This document shows, in pieces, positions 56,096 to 64,000 of a DNA stretch of 64,000 nucleotides; the stretch's first letter is position 1, and each line of letters begins with the position of its first letter. The position numbers were made by a program, and so were the translations under genes. The notes beneath the pieces were generated by a model. That model did no database searches. It had not been told where the DNA came from and was given only the letters and a program-made list of their open reading frames with translations. The DNA is from Parachlamydiales bacterium (GTDB taxonomy: Bacteria > Chlamydiota > Chlamydiia > Chlamydiales > JAJFMK01), in assembly GCA_963765145.1 (NCBI GenBank), contig CAVXVG010000029.1, positions 1 to 64,000 of the forward strand, given 5' to 3'.

Positions 56096-56124
56096 TTGTG
56101 GGTAATACCCACCGCTGATATAAT
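56096..56124 (+). promoter_or_regulatory. Promoter with palindromic operator for the TA pair
   Basis: TTGTGG-17-TATAAT overlapped by gtgggta-a-tacccac. Confidence 0.6.
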
Positions 56125-56148
56125 GAAGTTAAAGAGATCAGAGGTCAT

Positions 56149-56451
56149 ATGGAACGCCATACATCAAAAGTTAGCAAAGATGAGAAAAATCGCATCTCTC
56201 TAACTCGCGTCTTAACAAAGGAAGAGCAGGAAAGCTTTAGCACCTTTCGTATCTATCGACAAGGTGGGAAGATCATTTTAGAGCCTGTTATGGAAATTCC
56301 CGTGAAGGATCATTGGATTTATAAAAACCCAGAAGCTCTCGCTTCTCTTATGAAAGGGCTTAAAGATGCTGAAGAGGGAAGGGTTAGAACAATTTCATCT
56401 GAAGAGCTAGATCAGTGGGAAAAGGAACTGGAAAATGAACCAGACCTTTGA
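56149..56451 (+). CDS. AbrB-like antitoxin
   Basis: DEKNRISL and KIILEP; overlaps the downstream toxin-like gene. Confidence 0.65.
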   Translation: MERHTSKVSKDEKNRISLTRVLTKEEQESFSTFRIYRQGGKIILEPVMEIPVKDHWIYKNPEALASLMKGLKDAEEGRVRTISSEELDQWEKELENEPDL

Positions 56452-56737
56452 GATAAGACTTTCCAGAGATGCAGAAATATCATTCGAAAAATTAAAGAAT
56501 GATAATTCCAAAAGAGCTATTGCGAAAGCTGTTGTTAAAAGCCTTAAATTCATGAAAGTTAATTTAAAGCATCAGTCACTAAACACTCATAAATTCGATC
56601 AAATGTGCGGGCCGAATAAAGAGGAAGTTTTTGAATCTTATGCTCAAAATAATACGCCGGGGGCATATCGAATATTTTGGTATTACGGCCCAGCAAAAAA
56701 AGAAATCACTGTTCTTGCAATTACCCCGCATCCATAG
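56435..56737 (+). CDS. RelE/ParE-like toxin
   Basis: HQSLNTH, AYRIFWYY and VLAITPHP. Confidence 0.65.
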   Translation: MNQTFEIRLSRDAEISFEKLKNDNSKRAIAKAVVKSLKFMKVNLKHQSLNTHKFDQMCGPNKEEVFESYAQNNTPGAYRIFWYYGPAKKEITVLAITPHP

Positions 56738-56790
56738 AAGAAAATCTTGAAGGAAAATGGGGATTTATCATTCAGTAGGGAAATAACTGT

Positions 56791-57945
56791 TTGGATAAGA
56801 ATCCCGTGTCGCGCTTCATAAAACCCACTTCATTGAGATTACCTGATGAAAAACATGAGCGGCATGCCACATGGCTGGAAATATTTTTTGATCTGATTTT
56901 TGCGGTGCTTGTCGTACAGCTTTCAGACAGATTATCAAAAGATTTCACACTGACCGGACTGCTTAAATGTGCTGCTTTGTTGGTCCCTTCCATATGGACA
57001 TGGACAAGTTACACTGTATTTGCAGCACGTTTTGATAATAATGATGCTGTTCATTGGTTAATGACATTCATCACAATGTTTGCCGGTGCGATTATGGCCA
57101 TACAAATTCCAGATGCACTAGAAGATGGTGGAACTGGGTTTTCTATTGGCTTTGTCCTATCACAAGTGACTTTGCTTTTTCTCTACTCACGGCCTCATCA
57201 CGATATGGCCGCTGCCCATAAGCTCACCCATTTTTATCTCACTGGATTTGGGCTAGCTACCCTTTGTTGGGTCATTTCATTACTTTTCGATCCTCCAGAA
57301 CAATTTTATTTGTGGATCTTAGGTATGTCTATTTACCTTGCCGTACCGTGGATTGGCAGGAAACGAATTTTATCCAAGGCTCCGCTTGATACGATCTATA
57401 TCCCAGAACGGCTTGGAGCGTTTACTGTCATTATTTTAGGGCAAATTGTGACATCTGTCGTTCTCGGCCTTGAATCGGCAAGTTGGCACTTCACCTCTGT
57501 GGTAACTAGCATGATGGCATTTGCACTGGCCATCATCATTTGGGGACAGTATTACTGGTTTACTCAAGTAGCTGATTATAAATGCACGTTGGGTTCAGGT
57601 CAGCCCTACATCTACGCTCACATTCCATTGATTTTCAGCTTAATGGTGATTGGCGTTTGCGCACAATTTTTCATATCAAACACAGACATAGATGAAACCG
57701 TAAGAAACACATTTTGTTGTTCAATCATCTTGTACATGAGTTCATTTTTCCTTCTTCAGTACATTGCACTGCCAAATATTAGAATTCGGGGAATTGCTTA
57801 CTTAGGAGGCACCACTGCCACACTGTGTTTGTTTTACTTGTCCCCTCTAGCTCCAATGTTCCTCATGACAGGCATTGCGCTCATTTTTCTTACACTTTTT
57901 GCAGTTCAATACCTACTTGGCTACAAGTACATACACATACATTAA
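56791..57945 (+). CDS. Low temperature requirement protein A (LtrA) family membrane protein
   Basis: ATWLEIFFDLIF and ERLGAFTVIILGQ. Confidence 0.85.
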   Translation: MDKNPVSRFIKPTSLRLPDEKHERHATWLEIFFDLIFAVLVVQLSDRLSKDFTLTGLLKCAALLVPSIWTWTSYTVFAARFDNNDAVHWLMTFITMFAGAIMAIQIPDALEDGGTGFSIGFVLSQVTLLFLYSRPHHDMAAAHKLTHFYLTGFGLATLCWVISLLFDPPEQFYLWILGMSIYLAVPWIGRKRILSKAPLDTIYIPERLGAFTVIILGQIVTSVVLGLESASWHFTSVVTSMMAFALAIIIWGQYYWFTQVADYKCTLGSGQPYIYAHIPLIFSLMVIGVCAQFFISNTDIDETVRNTFCCSIILYMSSFFLLQYIALPNIRIRGIAYLGGTTATLCLFYLSPLAPMFLMTGIALIFLTLFAVQYLLGYKYIHIH

Positions 57946-57971
57946 CCAGAATGCAGAGCTATCAAGAGAAA

Positions 57972-58077
57972 TGTAGCTTAGGCTTTAGCCTGAGTTTGTT
58001 TTTGCGGGTTTTAACCCGCAAGCTTCCAGCAGGACTAAAGTCCTGTAAAACGACCTCAGGCTAAAGCCTAAGCTACA
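57972..58077. repeat. Free REPIN C
   Basis: tgtagcttaggctttagcctgag...ctcaggctaaagcctaagctaca between convergent genes. Confidence 0.9.
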
Positions 58078-58106
58078 ATATACGTGCAAATTCCATTTGA
58101 TAATGT

Positions 58107-59375
58107 TTAGATTTTGTCGAGGGCAAGCTGGAGGGCAGAAAAGACTGCATCTAACTCTTGGTCGGTGATAGTGTAAGGCGGAGTGATGAAGACAGCTTCT
58201 CCGAATGGACGGATCAGCACACCATGCTCTTCCACGATCTTTTGAAACTGTTTGCCAAGTGCACTTCCATACCCTTCATCTGCATCGAGGTCGAACACGA
58301 AAATAGCACCCAATCCTCTTACCTTTTTGACTTTCGGATGAGTCAGCAGAAAATTCCCCCTTTCTTTCATCCTGTCGTGCATCAGCTTATAGCGCCCTTC
58401 CTGCAACAGCTCAAGCGAAGCGGTAGCTGCGACACACCCTAAAGGGTTGCCTGTATAGGAATGGCCATGCAGAAAAGCTTTACCCACATTATCTGATAAA
58501 AACGCTTCGTATACCTCTTCAGTGGTTACGGTCAGCGCAAGAGGCAAAAAACCCCCTGTTATGGCCTTAGAAAGGCAAATAAAATCGGGCTTGCAAGTTG
58601 TCTGATCAACAGCAAAAAGGGTGCCTGTCCTGCCAAAACCGGTCATCACCTCATCAAAAATGATCAAGGCTCCATAGCGACGTGCTATTTTTTCTACCTC
58701 ATTGAAAAATTGAGGACGTGCTTGGCGCAACCCCCCAAGCCCTTGCATCAATGGTTCTATAACAACAGCGGCTATCTCCTCTCCTCTCTCTTTGAAAGTT
58801 TTTTTCAAAGCTAGTAAAGCCTTACTCTCCTTCTCTTCAACCTCGGTATCTCCCCAAAAAGTGGCTGGATAGGGTGTGCGTAGTACGTCAAAAAGAAGCG
58901 GCTCAAAAGGAGCTGCAACCACCGCTATCGAGCTGACAGAGGCTGCTCCTAAAGTGTCTCCATGGTATCCGCCATCAAAAACAACAAACGTTTTTCTGGG
59001 CTTTCCTAGGTTCCAAAAGTACTGGAAGGCCATTTTTAACGCGGCTTCTACAGAAGTGGCTCCATTATCGGAAAAAAAGAACCTGTTTAGGTGAGAGGGC
59101 AAATGAGGCTGAAGCTTTTCGACATAGTGCTCTGCCGGCTCATGGCTAAACCCTGCAAACATCACATGCTCAAGACGTAACGATTGTTTGTAGATAGCTT
59201 CGGCAATTTTTGGATGGGCATGGCCATGCAAATTGACCCACCAGCTAGATGTGGCATCGATCAACTTTCTTCCATCTGCAAGGGTTAAAAAAACGCCGCA
59301 TCCAGAAACAACTTTTTGTGGAGCACTTGCCGTTTTGACTTGCGTCCAAGGATGCCAAATAACCGGTTTAGACAT
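58107..59375 (-). CDS. bioA: Adenosylmethionine-8-amino-7-oxononanoate aminotransferase
   Basis: WHPWTQ, SSWWVNLHGH, DEVMTGFGRTG and HGHSYTGNP. Confidence 0.95.
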   Translation of the reverse strand: MSKPVIWHPWTQVKTASAPQKVVSGCGVFLTLADGRKLIDATSSWWVNLHGHAHPKIAEAIYKQSLRLEHVMFAGFSHEPAEHYVEKLQPHLPSHLNRFFFSDNGATSVEAALKMAFQYFWNLGKPRKTFVVFDGGYHGDTLGAASVSSIAVVAAPFEPLLFDVLRTPYPATFWGDTEVEEKESKALLALKKTFKERGEEIAAVVIEPLMQGLGGLRQARPQFFNEVEKIARRYGALIIFDEVMTGFGRTGTLFAVDQTTCKPDFICLSKAITGGFLPLALTVTTEEVYEAFLSDNVGKAFLHGHSYTGNPLGCVAATASLELLQEGRYKLMHDRMKERGNFLLTHPKVKKVRGLGAIFVFDLDADEGYGSALGKQFQKIVEEHGVLIRPFGEAVFITPPYTITDQELDAVFSALQLALDKI

Positions 59376-60007
59376 TAGACACTGATCTTTTCTGTTCTCC
59401 AGAAGGTTTTAAAATCATCGATCGGATGCAATTCACCTAATATTTCTACTCGTCCAAACTGTTCAATTGCTTCGACATTTCCCTCATTTTTTGGTCCGTT
59501 GACGACAACTCCTAAAATAGGGATTTTTCTTGCTCGCAAGGCTTCTAATGTAAGCAAAGTGTGATTGATGGTTCCCAAAGTTGAGCGTGCAACAACAACA
59601 ACAGGTAAATCCCAAAATTTCAGCAGATCGATAAAAAGTGTCTCTTCGGTCAGAGGCGTCATGACCCCTCCTACCCCTTCAATGATAAGAGGCTCTTTTT
59701 CAACGGGAGGGATCAAGAGCTGGTCAAACTGGATCACCTGATGCTCCTTCCGGGCAGCAAGATGAGGAGAGGCTGCAAGTTCAAATGAATAGGCCTCTTT
59801 CCAAACCTGTTTTAAGTGCACATCTCCTTCCTTTAAGACAAATTCTCGATCGGTCTCTGGTGATGTGCCGGTTTGAATCGGTTTCCAATAGGTTCCATTC
59901 AAGTGTTTGGTCAGCAACGTTGACACAACTGTTTTTCCGACGCCTGTATCGGTGCCTGTGACAACAAAACGTTTCGGATAAGGGAAATGGCGATTCCAAC
60001 TAAACAT
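59375..60007 (-). CDS. bioD: Dethiobiotin synthase
   Basis: TGTDTGVGKT, KPIQTG, EGVGG and LGTINHTLL. Confidence 0.95.
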   Translation of the reverse strand: MFSWNRHFPYPKRFVVTGTDTGVGKTVVSTLLTKHLNGTYWKPIQTGTSPETDREFVLKEGDVHLKQVWKEAYSFELAASPHLAARKEHQVIQFDQLLIPPVEKEPLIIEGVGGVMTPLTEETLFIDLLKFWDLPVVVVARSTLGTINHTLLTLEALRARKIPILGVVVNGPKNEGNVEAIEQFGRVEILGELHPIDDFKTFWRTEKISV

Positions 60008-60689
60008 GTACTACCTCTAAAAATGCTACTGTTGCTTGGGTCTGGAAAGGTTCTGTCTGCTTAGATAGCTCTCTTAATAGTCCCAAAGAAATTTTCTCTT
60101 GATTAAGAGAGATATTAGCACCCAACTTTTTTAACCACACGAGAAAGCTCCGTGGCGAGGCAAAATGGAGCGGAAAGGTTTCGATCTCCAGACGGCAATT
60201 TAAGGTGGAGAGCTGTTCAGCGGTAGGCAAACGGTTCAAAGGAATCTTCGTAAGTGCTTCCCATTCTGCAAAAGATGGAGAAATAGGAAGAGCGACAATG
60301 ACCTTTTCGCAAGTTTTAGACCATTTTTTTAGTGCTGCAATCGGGTCAGAAAACCACTGCAAAGCAAACGAGGAGGCAATCATTGAAACAGGCGGCACAT
60401 CGAGAGTTTCACCATCTCCTGCTACAAACTCGATCCGATGATCTTGAGGCAATAAAGGACCCATTTGGTCAGAAATGTCATTTGCAAAAAGGTGCTGGGG
60501 CTGAAAGCTTAAGAGCTGTTCTGTTAAAAAGCCGGTTCCACACCCCACTTCAAGCCAATTCCCTTTTGGAAAAGGGGCAAATTTTTGGCACAGCAGTTTT
60601 GCAACCTCACATTGCAGATCCCCGTTTAATCGATAGGTCTTTTTTGCCCTTCCGAAGGCTCTTGCAACTGTTGTTTTACAGATTTCCAT
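60000..60689 (-). CDS. bioC: Malonyl-ACP O-methyltransferase
   Basis: VARAFGRA, LEVGCGTG and ALQW; position in the bio operon. Confidence 0.8.
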   Translation of the reverse strand: MEICKTTVARAFGRAKKTYRLNGDLQCEVAKLLCQKFAPFPKGNWLEVGCGTGFLTEQLLSFQPQHLFANDISDQMGPLLPQDHRIEFVAGDGETLDVPPVSMIASSFALQWFSDPIAALKKWSKTCEKVIVALPISPSFAEWEALTKIPLNRLPTAEQLSTLNCRLEIETFPLHFASPRSFLVWLKKLGANISLNQEKISLGLLRELSKQTEPFQTQATVAFLEVVHV

Positions 60690-61219
60690 TGTTCTAATGT
60701 CGCCATGTGCCCACCTTCGACCCAAATCACCTCTGCATGAGGAAGGAGGTTGTTCAATTCATTGGCACGATCTTTCAAAACAACTCTATCTTTTTTTGCA
60801 TGCCAAAGAGTGATCTTCGGGATCTTCAATAAAGGCTTTGTATCCAGCCCTTTTTGCATCCTGTCTAAATCATCCAGTAACAGCTGCACATTGATTGATT
60901 GCTCGAGCCAAGGAGCCTCACCAGTATAGCCCGATTCAGAGTAAAAGTCCCCAAGCAACTCTTTTGGATCATCTTGCAAATATTTTTTTATCAGTTTCAG
61001 CTTCATCTCTTCCATAAAGCCGACGCCAAGTCTGATAAAACCCGAAAGGACCACAAGTTCTTCACATTGGCTTAAGTCAGCCCAGTGCAATCCGAATGAG
61101 TGAGTCACAATTTTTTTCGAGGGGGTCCCCTCTTTCTTTTGGCCAAAGTAGCCACGATCGGCCGATTGAAACGGAGAGAAAATTTCGGCAGGATAACCCC
61201 ACCCATGGTAACAAAACAT
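60626..61219 (-). CDS. Alpha/beta hydrolase, BioH/BioG-like pimeloyl-ACP methyl ester esterase
   Basis: HGWG, THSFG nucleophile elbow, D...GGH; first gene of the bioC-D-A operon. Confidence 0.65.
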   Translation of the reverse strand: MFCYHGWGYPAEIFSPFQSADRGYFGQKKEGTPSKKIVTHSFGLHWADLSQCEELVVLSGFIRLGVGFMEEMKLKLIKKYLQDDPKELLGDFYSESGYTGEAPWLEQSINVQLLLDDLDRMQKGLDTKPLLKIPKITLWHAKKDRVVLKDRANELNNLLPHAEVIWVEGGHMATLEQWKSVKQQLQEPSEGQKRPID

Positions 61220-61354
61220 GGCAGACAGTTTATACTAACAGTCATTTTCGCTCGAATGTTAGACCTAAAATCATTGCGTAGCTATATTTCATTAGAACTT
61301 GCGTGTAAGTAAGTTAAATCTGAGTCAAAACCACGCTAATTAATTGGAGTTCCT

Positions 61355-62479
61355 ATGTCTACGCTCGGCGTCTACCCCCAACAAATTCCCCTCATACCCC
61401 CTGTTTATGAGGCACAACAAACTATTGATGATATGGAGATAAGCGAGGATGTTTATGCCTACCCTTTACTCCCTATTGAGAAAGCCGAAAGTAGCTGGGG
61501 AGCGAGCGGATCTGTTTCAACCCTAAACGGATCTGATTCAACTCTGAATGAAACCATCCAAACGATAGTTAAAATGAAAGTATGGGGCGGACCTGTTGCT
61601 CGCAATTTTGCGTGGCACCATGGCCCAAGGGATATCCGAATCGTTTGGGGAGATGGGTTCCCCTTTTCTCCGGTAAGTCATGTAGCGGGTATTTGTGAGG
61701 AAAATGTTCATCTCTTTAATAAACTCCTAAAAAACCGTTATAAATTTGTAGACTCTTTAAAAAATTCTGAAATTTATGTCTGCTTAGATGCTCATGAAAG
61801 TAAATGTAGAGTTGAAGGAGCCTGTTGGCAACCAAACGATCAATGGGTGTACTTTGGTAAAAATGGAGCTCAATTGAAACCTTACGCATTAGCAAATGCT
61901 ATTGATATCGTTGCTCATGAGCTTGGGCACCGCGTTATTCAGCTCCACGGAGGAACCCCGGGGTGTCTTGCCTACGAACGCCAATCGGGTGCTTTAAACG
62001 AGTCTTTAGCCGATATCATCGGAATCACAACTAAACATTTTGCATCTAAGTCACACCTTCATGACATCGATTGGTCTATTGGAAAAGGAATCTATTTAGA
62101 TAAGGATGACCTTGCTCTCCGCTCCTTTGAAAACCCAAATGGCGATAGTACGATTAAGGTAGAACGCTGGCAACCGAAAAACGCAAACGGCTATAAAGCT
62201 TACCCGCTAGCCAAAGACAATGGTGGCGTTCACACAAATTCCGGGATTCCTAATCATGCCTTCTACAAGGTAGTAACGAAGCTTGGATGTCATTCCTGGA
62301 AACGACCGACAGAGATTTGGTTAAATGCGCTGAAATCTTGCAAGGCAGACGAAACGTTCGCTAGCTTTGCCCAACTCACGCACGAAGGATGTCTTAATAC
62401 TCACGAAAAAAACGCCGTCGAGAAAGCTTGGAGTGAAGTTGGAATTATTCGCGGCCAAGAAACCATACAACATGTTTAA
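61355..62479 (+). CDS. M4 (thermolysin/protealysin-like) metallopeptidase
   Basis: HELGH, SGALNESLAD and DNGGVHTNSGIPN. Confidence 0.9.
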   Translation: MSTLGVYPQQIPLIPPVYEAQQTIDDMEISEDVYAYPLLPIEKAESSWGASGSVSTLNGSDSTLNETIQTIVKMKVWGGPVARNFAWHHGPRDIRIVWGDGFPFSPVSHVAGICEENVHLFNKLLKNRYKFVDSLKNSEIYVCLDAHESKCRVEGACWQPNDQWVYFGKNGAQLKPYALANAIDIVAHELGHRVIQLHGGTPGCLAYERQSGALNESLADIIGITTKHFASKSHLHDIDWSIGKGIYLDKDDLALRSFENPNGDSTIKVERWQPKNANGYKAYPLAKDNGGVHTNSGIPNHAFYKVVTKLGCHSWKRPTEIWLNALKSCKADETFASFAQLTHEGCLNTHEKNAVEKAWSEVGIIRGQETIQHV

Positions 62480-62494
62480 TATAATTGGGGTCAG

Positions 62495-64000
62495 ATGAGC
62501 GCTTTAAAATTTGTTGGTGTTCCTTGCTTTCACTTGCCCAAGGCAGTGGCAAGCAAAATCTTCGATCAGAAACTTGAGAAAGGGGAAAAAGTTGAACTTT
62601 TCCTCAAAGTTTCTGGGGGATTAGAAGCTTTCGTAGATGGTAAGCATGTTCTACTAAAAGGCGTTCCCCCAGACATTGGATCTGATGAAACCAAAAGCGC
62701 TCAAATCTGGCTGTCCGGAAGAGAATTGAAGTGGAATGGGGCCGAGCTCCAAATCTGCCCAAAAGTGGGAAAGTCTCTCTCTTCTTTTTCCCCACGTCCC
62801 CTTATGGGAAGAGAACTGTTTCTCCAAACATTAAGAAAAAGACTCGAAAGGGACTCGAGAGTCATCCTCACCGGAATGCGAGGAGTAGGCAAGTCTGCCC
62901 TTGCGGGTGCCTACCAAAACAAATTTGCCTCTTCATATACTCATCGGTGGGAGATTCAAGCATCTCAATTCAACATGTCGTTCTTAGCGCTTGCCCATTC
63001 CGTCGGCTTAGAAGGCGCCGAAGCAATGAAAACTTGGCTGCAAGAAACTAAAGGATGGTTGATTGTCGTGGAAGATGTCTTAGACATTACTTTTCTTGAT
63101 CACTACTTCCCTTCGACTCTTGGCGGACACCTTCTAGTGGTCTCTCCTCGACGCTCGTGGAAAGGAGAACTTGAACTTCCCCCTCTTGAGATGGAGGAGG
63201 CAATCGAATGTTTTCATGTCTCCACCGGGTTCGAAAACCAAGATGGGGTTAGGAAACTTGTAATGAAATTGGGATTTCTCCCCTCAGCTATAGAGCAGAC
63301 GGGCGACCACCTTAAAGGTAGCAGCACCTCCTATCTTCAGTTTCTTGCTTCCCTTGAACTATCAAGCAAGCCCCTCCAAAAATTTGAAATCTGGACAAGG
63401 TGGAAAGAGGCTGTGAATGCTTTGCAGAAAGAATCTCCAGCAGCCTATGAGCTTCTCGAGCAACTTGCCTGCCTCAATGGCAACGGCATCCCTAAGTATC
63501 TCTTCACCCAGAATGACCATCTCGACGACCTCTTATATCAACTCAATTGTCGCTACATGTTACAGACATGCGAAGGGATCATCGCCGTTGATCCTTTGGC
63601 ACAGCAAATTGTCAATGAACATGCAAAGGGCAATGCATTGGTAAGATTGCATCATAGCAAATTTGCCCTTCCACTCTGTTACTATCTTGGTGCTATCGCC
63701 CTTCGGGAAAACCGCCTTTCTGATGCAATGGATGCATTCACATTTGTCATAGAAGCTCAAAAAACGAAAACCGAACAACCACCACATCTTCTAGCCCTAA
63801 GCAAAATGGGATGTGCCAAAGTCTGGGCAGAAAACAATGAGCAGCTTAAAGCCGACCAGATGCTCGAAGAAGCATTGACCCTTGTAAAGCACTTGTCGCC
63901 ACTCGAAGAGGCCTATGGCTGGGTAAGCAGCGAAATCTACACAGATGCAGCCTTTTTCTTCTTATCGCAAAAAAAGTATGAAGAAGCGAAGCAGGCGTGT
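62495..64000 (+). pseudogene. NB-ARC/STAND NTPase-TPR protein, frameshifted, continues past the window
   Basis: LTGMRGVGKS P-loop (~62867), GWLIVVEDV and LGFLPSAIEQ in successive frames. Confidence 0.6.

Overview
Chromosomal segment from an environmental member of the Chlamydiota. The evidence is the pepF-CIRCE-groES-groEL order, the T3S chaperone-dnaQ-mqnD order and many eukaryote-like effector genes. Housekeeping genes include lgt, adk, sucAB, groESL, leuS, rnr, cysS, aas, the bio genes and tRNA-Pro. They are interspersed with candidate host-interaction genes: an OTU deubiquitinase, an LRR protein, three BTB paralogs, a PARP-ankyrin-NB-ARC-TPR protein and an M4 protease. There are also two toxin-antitoxin pairs. 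The most striking content is non-coding. (1) Two inverted copies of an IS1111-type IS110 element, each inserted at the same dinucleotide of a palindromic repeat. Its 3' non-coding end carries a readable bridge/seekRNA in which all four guide segments match the observed target and the donor junction. (2) A 'Russian-doll' hierarchy of small non-autonomous elements (REPIN A > IS903-like MITE B > GTAG REPIN C > MITE D > hairpin cargo). B and D each insert at a fixed site of their host, and B's site overlaps the IS110 target. Many single-base frameshifts, including in essential genes, point to uncorrected long-read errors, worst at about 39.7-43.4 kb. Pseudogene calls here should therefore be treated with caution.
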